NCBI GenBank assembly: GCA_009103225.1 | Contig: RHPI01000671.1 | Coordinates: 405,651 to 469,650, forward strand | DNA: 64,000 bases | From: Chlorokybus atmophyticus | Taxonomy: Eukaryota > Plantae > Mesostigma and Chlorokybus algae | Direction: 5' to 3' | Shown: positions 29,817-43,094 of the stretch, in pieces | How positions within the stretch are numbered: the first letter of the stretch is position 1 | How the letters are laid out: each line of letters opens with the position of its first letter | The notes under the pieces: model-generated | Told to the model about the DNA's origin: nothing | Databases searched by the model: none | What the model saw: the letters and a program-made list of their open reading frames with translations, nothing else | Translations under genes and position numbers: made by a program

Positions 29817-32800
29817 TGGCGGCAAGCTGCTGGTGGTGACGTGGGCAGCGGCGGTGAGGGCGGCGCGGTGTTGGTTGGAGCTGGCGAGGTTGTGGACGAC
29901 CTGGTTGTGGGACGCCTGCTCTCGGCTGACGTTCAGGCTCTTTGTGTGGGAGCTTCGCGCCTGGCGGCTGTTGACAGGTGACTTGACGAGCTTAACATTC
30001 AAGAAAGAAAGTCAGCTGCTTTCTCCACATGCTGTTTTGCATGTATGCTTTTGCTGTTTAAACCTGCCGGTTTTCTGTCGCAAAGTATTTACTTGCAGCC
30101 AGGTGGATAATGTTCAAGGTAACAACTGGTTTGCTGTTCCTCACGTGGTGACTGCACAAAATTGAGCCAAATGAAGAAGCAAGCATGAAACGCAGTGCTT
30201 GCTTTCCATTCCGTACGCTTGTGGCAGACGTGATGACGTACAATAAACCAGGCAACATCAACTGAGCGCATGTGAAAAACAAACAGGTTGCCTCCTTGTT
30301 GTGAAGCCTTGTGTTGCCACAATTGCGTATGCCCGCGTTGCTGCATGTCCGTTATTCTAACAACAAAAATGTTCGTAGGCATGTCGCTTTGTCATTACGG
30401 CTATCATGTGCATGTTGCAACTGGTGCACATCTCACATGCTTGTTAGAGCCGGTCATCAGCGATCCTATTGCAACGTGTGTCGATTGTAATATGTGACGT
30501 ATGTTTATGCAGTACATGCACACAGTTAGGTGCAGAATGGATGACACTCAATTAGTTTCCAACCGCATTACGCGTGTGCAGATGAATGGGAGATGATTGG
30601 CTGGCGCTTGACAAGGCCGAACACGTCGCATTCTGTTTCTTCTGCACAATCGCTGGTTACTTCATTGCACGCATCGCGTGCTGCGGGTCCCGCGCTTGCC
30701 AGCACCGTTGGCGACTGATTTTTGGGACAGCTGTTGGGTCACTGGTAGGGTAAGTGCAACACTTGCATGCTGTTGAGTCTCTCACCTTGCACTGGCTAAG
30801 CTCACAGTGCACCCATACCAATTGTGGTATGTCTGCTGGCAACAGGTTGTTGAAGGAAGCTGGTGACTATTGGGGCTTATGGCCAGGCATGCTGTCATTG
30901 AAGGACTTGGCCGCTGACGGGCTCGGGTGCATAGCGGCCACAGGTGTACTCTGGCTCTACAGTCGTAATCGACAACCCAAGCGAGAGCTTCCATTGTGAG
31001 ACAGAAACTGCATAAGGTGGGTTGGCTTGACAAGTCTATCATATGTTTATGTTGTTCGAGCCTGCATCTTGTCTGATGGACTGGCGTGTGCGTGTGTTGT
31101 GTCCTCAGATGACGCGGTGGGGCGCACACTCCACCACCGCGGCATCCGTCCCAACAGCCCCGGCCTCTTCTGCGCTGTTTTACCATGGGGCGAGCGGCGG
31201 TGCAGCCGCAGGCAGCAATTCAGTTCGCACGCAACAGGTGTGTGTTTGGTCATGGTGTGTATGTTGTCGCCGTCATCAACTGAAGGTACCATGACCATGA
31301 ACTCGATAACGAGCAGGTCAAAGCGATTCTTTCCCGGGTGGCACATTTGGTCCCGGCCGCGCCATGGCAGATGCCGCTGCAGGCTCTTACGCAGCTGAGA
31401 CAGCTGCTGTCGGGCTCAGCCAATATTAGCATAGAGATGCAGGAGCAGGTGTGTTTGCACGGTGTGTGCGAGCACGCAATGTACAACCCATCTTGCATGA
31501 CACAATCTTGTGACTTCTGCGTGGTTGCAGGTGTTTGCTCTGTTGATGCGGATATTTGCCGCTATACAGCATCAACTCACACGCATATCGAACGGGAACG
31601 TGCCGGCAACGGACCCAAGCTTTGCCCAGGTGCTGCATCACATGCACGCACGAACCCACACGTGCGTATGCAAACACGCCCATGCGTGCGCACCATAACG
31701 CACACGCAGTGGTTGCTGGAGCTGAACCAGTTGTCGTGCAGATCCGCACCGTGTTCTCCAACTTGAACCCCGTGACGCAACAAAGGATGTCGGCTTACTT
31801 CAGTTCACAGCGCTGCTTGTCCATAACGCTCGTGCTGTCGCAGTGCTCGATCCTCATTCGTGACATTGATATGTACAAGGTGAGTATTGGTTTGTATCCT
31901 ACCAGTGATCCTGTACACCTGCCAGTGTTACTCACTCAATGCGATGTTGTCTCTGCAGTTAACACATGGTTTGCTAGAAACAACTCCTGTGACGCCCGCG
32001 ACACCTAAAAATCTGGACTCCACGCCCGCGACTGCGCCCTTCCGGGACGTTCTCAGCTGCATGCGCCAGCCGTTCCCGCCAGCACGCAAGCAGCCGATGT
32101 CGCCGATCCCCGCCGCTTTAGTTGGTATGAACGAGGGGCGCGTGTTCATGTTGCTGTCCACTCCAGAAGGCATCAAAGAGCTGGTGAGAGAGTCATCTCA
32201 TGTGAACTTGTTTGTTTTCCCAACACTCGGTTAACACAAGGCTTAGTAAATGATGTTCAGGTGGACACATTGTCAACAAAGCGATTGGAGCACAAAGAGA
32301 CAAGCATAGCGCGAATTCGCCAGGCAAATGGTGACAGTGATGTTGATGTGTTGACGTCTACTGTCTCGCTCAAGTGCCCGATCTCTTGCGCTCGCGTTCA
32401 GGCAAGCGCGTGAGGCTGTTGGGATTATTCTTGTCATTAGGCTAGGCGCAGAGGCGTGACTCAATGCTGGTTTGCAGGTTCCCGCTCGCACTGCACAATG
32501 CACTCACACGGCCTGCTTTGACTTGGCCACGCACATGATGGTGAGTCCCCGGACATGCAAGACAGGTTGCTTGCCATGTTTAACTCGTAGCTTGTTTGTT
32601 ATAATTGTAAATACATGCGTCATACAGTTTGTGATGTTGTCAGTTGCCTGCAGCTCAATGCCAGCTTGATGAAGATGCAAGCGCAAGGCAAGAGGAAAAA
32701 GGACATGTGGACGTGTCCAATTTGCCGCAAGGCTGCCAACTGGCGGCACCTCATCGTCGACGAGTTCAGTAAGTGCTGCTTGTGGTGTGCACAAATCTTG

Positions 32801-33917
32801 CCATTCTGCAGAGTGTGTCCATTAACAATGGTCTCAACCCCTCATTTCTGTATCCCAGTCTGGTCAATACTCCGGGAGACGTCCGAGGACGTTTGCGAGG
32901 TGATGGTGCAGCCGGATGCCAGCTGGAGTTTGCCCGGCAAGGGCAAAGTTGTCAAGGGCGAGAATGCTATAGCTGTTGTGGACTTGTCATCTGAGACGTC
33001 TGAGAGGAAGAAGCCACGCATGCTTGCGCCAACTCCATTGTCTGCTGCGCCTGTCGTGATCGACCTCACGGACACGGACGAGGAGGCGACTGCTGTAATT
33101 GATGCTGATGATGTAAGCTCGGATGATGCGACTACTCAAGAGTTGAGTAGCGTGCGAGAGAGTGAGGATACGGCGGGCACACCTGACTGCAACAGCAGTG
33201 CTGTACAACAACAACGACAACAGCGTGTGAAAGAGGAGGCGGTGGAAGAAACGCCAGCCACTTCTGGCGATGATGAAAGTGAAGGTGGTGATCGGCAGTC
33301 GAGACCGCACCTGAATTGCATTATGGATCCGGCCGAGGTTGAATACCGTAATGCGGTGATGTTGGAGGTGCAAGAGGCAGTCCTGGCACAGATGCAACCA
33401 AATCCACCACCGGAGGCATTTGCAACGGTACAGCCATTCTGGTTTGGGCAGGCTTTAGCTGGTAGCACATATACCCCTAACGATTCCACGTCTTCGCGCG
33501 TGCTGTATGAAGCCGACGTTATGCGCGAGTTGCATAGCCCCCCGCCATCCCAACCCAACAATCCCCCTGAACCGCTCCCAAGCTGCATCCCGAGTCCAAT
33601 GTATGTCCCGACGATTGTGAACATCAACACGGCTTCTTATGGCGAGCTGCGGCAGCTGCCAGGTACACGCGCATGCGCGCGTGTCCTGAACATCAGTAGT
33701 AGCGCACGCCCTCACAGCGCATTCACCAACCAGCACACTTAACATAATATCTCGTCGTGTTCTCGCAGGCATTGGGCCAATTCTTGCCAAGGCGATAGTG
33801 GAAGGCCGACCATACTGTGAAGTCCGCGATCTGCGCTTGGTACGAGGCTTCGGGCCGATGCATATGATCAAGCTGGCGCACAGGCTGGCGGTTGATGACT
33901 CAGGCGTCCCAACATGA
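29811..33917 (+). CDS. MIZ/SP-RING zinc-finger protein (PIAS/SIZ-type SUMO E3 ligase-like) with SIMs and a C-terminal ComEA-like helix-hairpin-helix domain; 5' end uncertain
   Basis: VSLKCPISCARVQ | VPARTAQCTHTACFDL | ...WTCPICRK...LIVDEF; SIM-like IAVVDLSSE and PVVIDLTDTDEE; VNINTASYGELRQLP | GIGPILAKAIVEGRPY..VRDLRLVRGFGP; TGA at 33915-33917. Confidence 0.85.
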
Positions 33918-35175
33918 CTTTAAGGCGTAGCGGGCATGTTGCTCTACGAGTCTGCATCATGTTCAATCAGGTGGAGCTGAAGATTGAGGGTAGCTTAATT
34001 CTAATCACATAGCAAGGATATCAGCGGCGGCTACACAGCATGCCAAGGCTGGGGTTGATGAGTCGTGGAGGCAATGAAGGCATCATTGTTTATGGCATGG
34101 TCATGGTTGTCTCATCATCTTCTGTTTTGTCTCTGCCAAGCTGCATGCCATGGTGGTGGTTACCGCTGGTCAATGTTGGAGCTTGCTAAGTAGACAAGGA
34201 GTTGTACAGATGAAAACGAGTTGCACTGTTTCACAGGTATGTTGTTTGAAACTGTTATTGAAATGGGGATGTTTGTCTATATTCCAAAGCTTGTTGAAAC
34301 TCCTGGGAATGATTGGGTCGTTAAATTAATAATATAAGGGAAAAGGCATACACACGCGTGGTTACTGTTTACCTAAAGAAGCAAGTGCAGGCAAAGCTTA
34401 TGCTGAGCAATGCACTTCGGGCACTCAATTGCTTTGAACGCTTGGCGCAGTGTGGCTGGTGCAATTGTGGCGGTGAGGTGCTCCCAATGCGCAACGGTGC
34501 TTTGTGGTGTAGCAGTGTTGAGGTGCGTGTGCTTGGTGGCAATGTGGCGGTATAGTAGTGTGAATGTACTAGCAACAACGCTGTACGCATGTAACTCGCA
34601 TGTGAGATATGAACATCTGTGTATCAGGAGTGTTATGTAAGCTTGACAGGATACTCGCTGCACTCCGTCAGCTGTACAAATTGTATGCAACGGCTGTACT
34701 GTATACATCAAAAAATGCATGTACTGGTGCCACACCCGTCACGGATGTACAGAAAGCCGAAGCTCGATTGCAGCATGCACATTCCTGCCTTGCATGCGTT
34801 GTACATGCTGGCGCAGAGAAGCAAACACACCAGTCTCACCCAAACACGCATCAATGGTTGACCACACCAGGCTGCAACACCCACACCTAATACTATACTG
34901 TGTGTGCTGCAATGAGTTATTGCCTCTGTGCCACGTCGCGGCAGCATTGCTGTACCCAAGCAGCACTCAGTTCTGGTGCATCGTTCCTTACCTATGAGCC
35001 ACATCAGCTCAAGCATGTACAGACCAACAATGGAGATGTACCATATCCTGGAACTGCCTACGGGAGCACCTTGGGGTCCTTACCCTTGTCCTTATGTGTG
35101 AGTTATTTGCAAACAGGTTTGGACAAACAGGAAAAATGCATATGGAGCTTCAACTGCTGCATTCCACACGAGGGC

Positions 35176-36950
35176 TTACGCGCGTCTTGGTCTCAGCACG
35201 CGGCGCTCTGGCGTTGTCACAGGGGTAGTACGTTTGCGAACTATGCTTGCCTGCAAGCAAACATCTTTGTTGAGTGAAGTTTCCTCATCTATTGGTACCA
35301 ACATGCGCAAACATTGGCTGTCAGTGCTGGGTGAAGTCACTGTTACAATGCAAAGCACGAGGAAGATTAATACGTGCAGTAGTATTCCATGCACATGTGA
35401 TGTATATGTGGCGCAACACACCTGAGCTGTGGTTAGCGCCGCGCTAATCCGTCTCTGCCTGGCTAGCGCCTTGAGGTTCACGCTTGAAGGCGTGTTGCTT
35501 GCGCAGAGCAGAGCGCCTTTTTCCGATGCACGCGATGATGATGCGATTGTCTCATATTCTCTGTTCTCTTTACTGGCATCGGAGTCGTATAACTCTGATG
35601 CCAGTAAAGGCTCTGAAACTTCAGAGTGGGAACGGGATTCACTTGGTCTCGGCAGGGTGTCGTCCTCGGCGCACTTCTCTAAACTTTGAGACTTGGAAGC
35701 TTCAGGAAACAACCGCCTTACAATTTGGGTTGGAACCTCCAATGCTGCAGACGATCAGCCATTGCATCAGCCATGACACAGTACAGTACTTCACATGCAT
35801 AACAAACTCGCAACATTTGACTGAATGCAGCTGTGCTGGTCATGGTGTGTGCATGTTGGGGCATCACGGTGAGAGCAACAGCTTTCCTACCTTGATCTCT
35901 AGGCATTGCAGGCGAGCTTGGGGTAGGACTTGTGGCCAGCTGAGAGTCAACATCTATTGCTCTATCCATAGGCGTGACCAACGCGGCATTCTGCTTCTTT
36001 GCAACGCGTGCACTGCGCCTCAAACCACGCGGCTCTGCATTGCAGTAGCCATCCGCTTCAGCAAATGGCATCATCATGTACATCAATCCAACTTAACCGA
36101 CCAACAACTGCTTTGCCTTGCCACCAAGCACACGGTTCAAACAGCCACGGCATCACTGACATCTTGATCTTGACAGGCCAGAAAGTCGCATTGTACCTTC
36201 AATTGTTGGTGCTTTTTCGACAGCCGTCTCTTTGAGCTGTTCAGTGGGCGGCAATGCATTATCCGCTGGCGTGGGCACGATGACGACTTGCAGTTGTTGT
36301 TTGTTTCGAGTGGCGACAGCAGTCTCTTGCAGAGCAACAGCGTCCACAGCTGGTGCGGCAACCAATTCTCGCTCCCAGCTGGGCTCTTTGATCAGCGACA
36401 GCTGCATGATCTTCGTCTTGCGGCCTTGCACCTTCTTGGCAGAGTCTGGGTCTTTCAGCTGCCGCTGCTTGTGCATGTGCTCCTGCTTGGCGCGCTTGCG
36501 GATGCGCTCAAGGTTGCGATCAACTCTGCAGTTGACAACACATTGCTTAGACACGCAGCATTGCGAGCAATAAAACTTAGCAACTGTCATTGGTTATACT
36601 ATACCCAGACAGCTGGCCTTGATGATAATGGTGGTGTTGGTATAGCTAGCATGGTTGTGTAAGCAGGAGAAAGCAGAGTAGCAGCGTGAGCATGTAGGCA
36701 TTACCTGTGCGAGGCGTGGCGTTTGTCGTCCGCAATGCCGCCAAGCTTCCATGGAGCGTCCTTAGCCCATTCTATGAGAGGCCAGTTGGTGCGCTGCCAG
36801 CCGCCCTTGGGCATGGGCTCCCACCCATAGAATGTCTCAGTGTCCAGCACCTTCATGCTCAGCACCATGATGCCTTGCTCGGTGTCGCACACCGCAAAGC
36901 AGTTATGAGCACAAAGTGCCTTGATTGCTGCTGCTTTTGAGTTAACAGCA
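35176..36950 (-). CDS. Orphan basic/disordered, probably nuclear protein; first exon unresolved
   Basis: Five exons join in frame: ..FAVCDTEQGIMVLSMKVLDTETFYGWEPMPKGGWQRTNWPLIEW..SHR | VDRNLERIRKRAKQE..TIE | ADGYCNAEPRGLRRSARVAKK..RDQ | ALEVPTQIVRRLF..TAQ | ASIVRKRTTPVTTPERRVLRPRRA*. Confidence 0.7.
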
Positions 36951-37774
36951 AGCAGCAGGCAAGCTGATGAAGACTACAACTTGCCACAAGCAGCCAAGCT
37001 AGCTACAGCGGGATGGCAGCCCCAACTGGCAAGCGGCTAGCAATGCAGGCTACCAGATGCAAAGCGCAACACACAATGGCAGCGATGGCGCTCAGCAGGC
37101 AATCAGGCACGAAGTAGTGAACCACTAACAAAGAAGCCCCTCCCCAAAGCAACAGCAACACGCATGCGCCGCCGCCGCCGCCGCCGCCGCCGCCGTTCAA
37201 CACTGAAGCTGAATGCACGGTTGCTGCTCCGAACTCTCAGCTGCTTGCATGCAATGCACCAGACCCGTCTTAAACACCGTATCAAGGAAACCTCGGTAAC
37301 CAAAAGCAAGCCCGGCAGATATTTGTCTGCAAATCTTCCCTTGTTTTGGGGGGGAGCAACCCGGAAAATGGTGTTCGAATTGACGGAAGAAGAAGATTCA
37401 GCTTTTCGCGTCGCAGCACGGAAAGCTGGATTTTGCGCGGCCCCGCCACAGGCACGAAGCTGCTTTTCCCGCCGGAACCTAAAGAATGCCCGCCCGCGGC
37501 ATGAGTTGAAGTGTTACAGCGCGCGTCGCCATCGACTGTTTGTGCGTCGAGTATCGATGCCCGCGCGTGGTGTTGTCCTGCAATCAGCAGTGCGCGACAC
37601 CGCCCATGCACAGAATTCCCGCGCTTCGCATCGAGTTACGCTGTGTTACGTCACGTGACCTGTTCGTGACGGCGCGTTGTGTGTAAACACGCGCGAACGT
37701 CATCGGGCGGCGGTGAGTTACGCCACTGGCGGCGGCGGCAGCGGGACAAGGAGGCGACGGCACGTGGCGTGCTG

Positions 37775-39013
37775 ATGGACAGGAGAGTGGGTGTCGGTGT
37801 GGGAGTGCTCGTCTGCAGAGGCAACAAGGTGTGTGCAATGTCAGCAGTTGCTGAGGCTGTTGTCTGTACGCAAGCACTGATGCATGCCAATGTAGGTGCG
37901 TGTATGTGTGCGTGTGTTGCATGTGCAATATAGGGATTGACAACGTGTAAGAATCCCGTGCCATGCGCATGATCACTGAGTACACAACATCACGGCATGT
38001 TATATTTTATCATTGACAGGCTAACTGTGATGCAACCACACGCACGAGACACGAGATCGTCATTGTCATCGCTGTCGCTGTCACCGCAATGATTAAATCA
38101 ATATTGTCAGTAATTGCTCCATTAGGTGCTCGTGGGTAAGAGGAAGGGCTCTCACGGCGCAGGCACGTATGCTTTGCCTGGAGGACACCTCGATTTTGGT
38201 GCGTAAGCCAACGAATTTACATCACACAAGAACACCACACTAGTTGTGTAACACCAGCACACGTTCACGAATGCGCGCACAAACACATGCATGCACGCAT
38301 GTGCACGCGCACGCACGTGCAGGCACAGGGGTGCGCACACGCGAAAACACATACATGCCTCTACGCGCGCGCATGGGCATGCACAGGCACACGTGCGCAC
38401 GCAGGCACACGCATATGCGCATGCTCACATGCACGCACACAACTGCTGCGCACATGCAAGCTTATGCATACGTGCATGCAAACCATGCCCACATGCCCCC
38501 CCCGCCCCCCCNNNNNNNNNNNNNNNNNNNNNNNNNNNNNNNNNNNNNNNNNNNNNNNNNNNNNNNNNNNNNNNNNNNNNNNNNNNNNNNNNNNNNNNNN
38601 NNNNNNNNNNNNNNNNNNNNNNNNNNNNNCACCACCACCACCACCACCACACACGCAAGCATACACCGACACACACAGTGCCGTGCAACTGTTCATCAGA
38701 CCCACTCACACATGCACACACAGGCGAAACATGGGCGGAGTGCGCCATTCGCGAGGTGTTAGAAGAGACCGGTCTCTCGATCTCCCCTCCCCGTTTCGCC
38801 TACGTGACAAACTCGATCATGCAAGAGGAGGCCAAGCACTACGTGACGATCTTCATGAGGGCGGAGACGGTCGGCGGCGTGGACGCGGAGGCGAGAGTGA
38901 TGGAGAAAGACAAGTGCGAGGAGTGGGTGTGGAGCGAGCTTGAGAATGTGCCGGAACCGAGGTTCATGCCGTTGCAGGACTTGATTGACTCGGGGTACAC
39001 TCTGACCAGTTGA
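37775..39013 (+). CDS. NUDX1: Nudix hydrolase, MutT/AtNUDX1 (NUDT15-like) type, 3 exons
   Basis: RVGVGVGVLV | VLVGKRKGSHGAGTYALPGGHLDF | GETWAECAIREVLEETGL (Nudix box), HYVTIFM, MEKDKCEEWVW, FMPLQDL. Confidence 0.93.
38512..38629. other. Assembly gap (118 N) inside Nudix intron 2
   Basis: N run flanked by poly-C and (CAC)n. Confidence 0.97.
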
Positions 39014-39948
39014 TCTAGTGTTGTGTGGCCTTGCTGCGTAGGTGATGTAGTACTAACATTCTTGTAGCACTACTACTTACTCTCCAGTTAATATCGGGAG
39101 ACCAGTTGAGATACAGGGCAGGTGGTGTGCAAAAGCAAGAGGCGGATTTTGTTGTTTTCTTTGCATATCCTTGCATGGCCTTTTGCACAAGTTCATAAAC
39201 ATGGAAGTGGCACTACATCTACGAGACGCCAAACCAAGCATGAACTGCTAGACACAGTCAATAAGAACAAGTGACCTGCGCAAGTGCCGTATCACACGAG
39301 GCTTCCAGCGGCAGCAGATTGACCCAGCGAATCTACTAGGCTTCAAGGTACTGCAGGAAAACAAACCATCTAGTGCAGTCATGACAGCCATAAAGTTGGC
39401 CTGCCCCTAAGTTGTATCTCACAGCACCTTTTTTGACATATGTTGAGTTGCCAATGTAAGCAGAGCTTAGCAAAAGAGTGTGCATAGCATACGGTCCCTG
39501 AGCCCTTGCGTTCAGTGTTTGCTTATACTTGGAGATCTTAAAACAAGAACTTTCAAGTAACTTCTAGTCTTGCGGCTAGTGAAAGCATGGACCCTGCCCT
39601 CGAGTAAACTGCTTGGCAACCAAGGCAGAGCGCCTGCAAAAGTCAATGGCGAAATGCCTGGCAGCCATCAGCATCCTTGCATGTTGCAAGCGGTCCAGAA
39701 GCCTCTCTGTTGTCAGGCGCGCAGCGCTTTGCCATAGACCTGCATGGCAAGCACAATATGTAAAACGTATACAGCAGAGAGAACAACACACTACACCCAT
39801 GTACGCACAACAAGAAACGCAGCCTGTCTCACTAATAAATGGCAAAACTGCATGAGTGTGTCTAGTACGACATTGCAAGACCGTACCTTTTTCCATGACT
39901 GCTGGAATATCTGAGTTAATGCTCAATCAAGTACAGGTAACCACTCCA

Positions 39949-42688
39949 CTACAATACAAAGCGTCTCCTATTTTTGTTGTCCACCTTGGCCTGCGTGCAT
40001 GGCCACATAACAGTTAAGGGGCTTTATGGCAGTGCCTTACAAGTCAGCGACAATCCACAAACCAACTGTGCTCCATGCCTACTCACCCTATGCGTATACT
40101 CAAACTCGCCGTTCTTTGAGTCAAAAGTGCCCTTCTGCAAGCTCATCAACTTGAGTGTAAACCGAGGGCCCAACTCCTGATGACACAGAAACCGGACTTG
40201 TCAGTGATTGCATGCTACATGTGTCAGTGAACGTGTGTGTACTGCGATGACTGACATGAATGTAATGCCATAGTGCACAGGCATGCTTAGCAACAGTTCA
40301 AGTAGCCTGGTCTGCAATGACAATCTCGCCTTCCATTGCCATACCTGCAATCGTGCTATGACAGGTAACTTCTTGGGGTCGTCCGCATGTTTGTTGTCTT
40401 CAAATATGTACCTGTTCCCAACAAGTCAATCAATAGCTGCGGCCTCAATTAAGCAGGAACCCTATAGCACTGGAGTAGAGTATCACCTGTGATGCCTGAA
40501 AAAGATGAAATCGCGCTGGTTGTGAAAAGTCACTGCACGGCGGCCCCGAAACTGTGGGTCTTGATTGAATAGTGATCCAAACATCCTGCAAGTGTTGTAC
40601 CACGAGACTGGGCAATTGCACAACAACGATAATTGCCAATTGACCAAATGCAATCACCCACCTCCCGACCCGGTGTCCTAGCTTTGTGCTGAAGTTGTTC
40701 AGGATCAACTCTGGTTTGTGCTTTGTGGGTTTTCCATGGTTCTGCGACCATGCCAGTAAGCTGATCACAGGACCTCAACGGTTGGTAAGCTAGGAAACAT
40801 GCCATCAGAGTAAACATTACCTTGATATCTTTGCGCAAGGTCAGGTTGGACAACTTGAAATGCGCTGTGGGGCCATTAGGAAGATGCACAACCAGTAAGC
40901 CGTCTGTTCCCATGTCAAGGTTAACCCGTAGCAGCTGTACATAGCTCTGCAATACAGAAAGCTACTTGCATGGAGGCTCATCACACTGACACAATACGCA
41001 TGCAATGTGAGAAGGATACTGATTGTTTTGCGGTTTTCATTGATGACAACAAGGTCTGTGAAGTCCCTGGCCTTGGCGTATGTCACAATCTGCAAGTTAC
41101 AACAACAGTCAAGAAGGTCAGGCAAACTGCTTCCAACGCAACACTAGGGATGTGCGCTGCTGCTACTCGAACCTTGTCAAGACCACACATGACAGACACC
41201 AAACCACTAGCATCTATGCAGTACACCCTCACCTCTTTGACCTCATAGTTTGCACGCTTGTAGTACGTGGCGTGCGGAAATACATCTAACAGCTCCTTAA
41301 CAAACTTGTACATAACCTGCCAGCAGAGACAAGCACTTGAACATGCGAGTAGTTGCAGCCAGACGTACAAGAGCAACCAAAGAGCTTCCGTCCACAAACA
41401 CATGACTGCGTGGCAGTAACAGTTCACGACCATGTGAGACAATGTAACACTCCGACCGGAAGTGTCCTGGTACTTTACCAGAGTAGGCTTCCGGCACGTG
41501 GTGATCAGAACATTTGGCGGTCGCGACTTGTCATAATGATCGGCAAACTCATCATTTGCTAGCGCTGTTGCAGTCTGCAGCCAGTGCATTGTTTGTGAAG
41601 GCGATCAAAGGGCCAACTGGCTTGACGCCTTGGAGACTCAAAAGTAAACACCACAAGAACCTTGTATAGACACACCTCTTCGTCATCAGGTCGTACAACG
41701 TCGTTGGCATCCACTTCTCGTAGGCTTTCAATTGTGTGCGGCGTGATCCTTGCAGGAGGCTGCACGTGGACGGACAATAAGAACAAATCAACGCTTGGAT
41801 GCATACGCTTAGCAACGATTCAAGCAACTACTTGTGCTAAAAATGACATGTGCAGCACCGGCAACACCAACCCAATCCACACAGACAGACTGCAAACAAT
41901 GGTGCTCACCTCTTCCCCGCGTTCCATTGCGCGCTCCTCCTCCCTGCGCGCACGCACTAACCGCTTCTTCTTTTCTTTTTTCTTCTCCTTCGTCAGCTTT
42001 GCATGAATCTAAACAACATGACCACGTCAGCTACGTCACGACCTGGTATCGCTACATTGCAGTACAGGCATGCATACGCTCAGCATGAGCAAATGCGAAA
42101 TTGGGCATGCCACAGTAGTAACTTTTGCATGCAACGCGAGTTGGCAAAATCGCAGGCACTTAGTTCCAAGCATGCAACTGCTGCGAGCACTGCAAATCTG
42201 AAGTAGTGCCTGAGCATGTCAACGACAGGTTCATACATCAAGCAACATAGGGCGTGGACGCAAATTGAGAACGGTAAAATCAAATTAGCAACTAACAGGA
42301 TTAGGGCCCTGTCCATTGGAGTAGTAATCTATGCATTCATGAATTATAACTATCGCATCAGTTCAGCATCATGCCGCATAAAACAACGCATGCATTGGCA
42401 TATTATAACGCAGGCAGCTGCTTTCAACTTGTGACAGCGAGACACATATGACCTAACCTCTTCGCGCTTCTGCTTGTTCCGAATGCCCTCAGTGGTGAGG
42501 CGCTTCTGCTGACCAACTGTTGCTGTGGCTGTGGAAGTATCCAGCTCTTCCACTCTCTTCCGCTTCTTCTTGCCACTCGCCGCAGCAGCATTGCTGAACT
42601 TCTTCTGAGGCCTGTCATCCTCACCTCCCCCCTCGGAACCCTCACCCTCGTCACCAGAGCCATTCTTCCGTCTCCTCTTCCCTTTCAT
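39949..42688 (-). CDS. RPF1: Ribosome production factor 1 (Brix domain)
   Basis: Basic N-terminus (IRNKQKREE), [95 protein letters not shown], final exon NRRRFVL*. Confidence 0.95.
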
Positions 42689-42797
42689 CTCTAATTACAC
42701 TCCCGTCCACACCACTCCTCCGCCACCTCCACCTCCACCTCCTCGTCCTCCGCCGCCGCCGCAGCCGCCGATCCTGCCGCCTCACACCCTGACTATA

Positions 42798-42806
42798 AAA
42801 CCCTAA
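42798..42806 (+). promoter_or_regulatory. Telo-box AAACCCTAA in the RPF1/EMG1 shared promoter
   Basis: Exact motif in the 406-bp interval between divergent ATGs; telo-boxes are known in plant ribosome-biogenesis gene promoters. Confidence 0.7.
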
Positions 42807-43094
42807 TTCAATGGACCAGTGACCCCACCGGTCTTGCACACGCGGCTTGCAACGACGTTGCGCTCCCGCAGCGCAGCCACAACTTGCCCCTGGATATGAC
42901 TGTAGCTTTGACTGCAGTCGTATGTGTGCATAAGACATCGTTTCCAGGTAAGATTAGTCATGCATTCATGCTTGCGGCACACTCATAGCTGCCGTTGTCG
43001 TTGTTGTCAGTGTTGGTGGCGGTCAGCGAGTTGCTGTGTGGGTTGACCTGTAAAGGCAAGTGGAGCTTGTCCTTCTCAGGGAAGCTGTGCCGTC

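Noticed and set aside
37103-37105. In-frame TGA in a possible first exon of the 35-37 kb orphan (selenocysteine/readthrough)
   Set aside because: No redox motif or SECIS evidence; a short uORF or UTR is simpler
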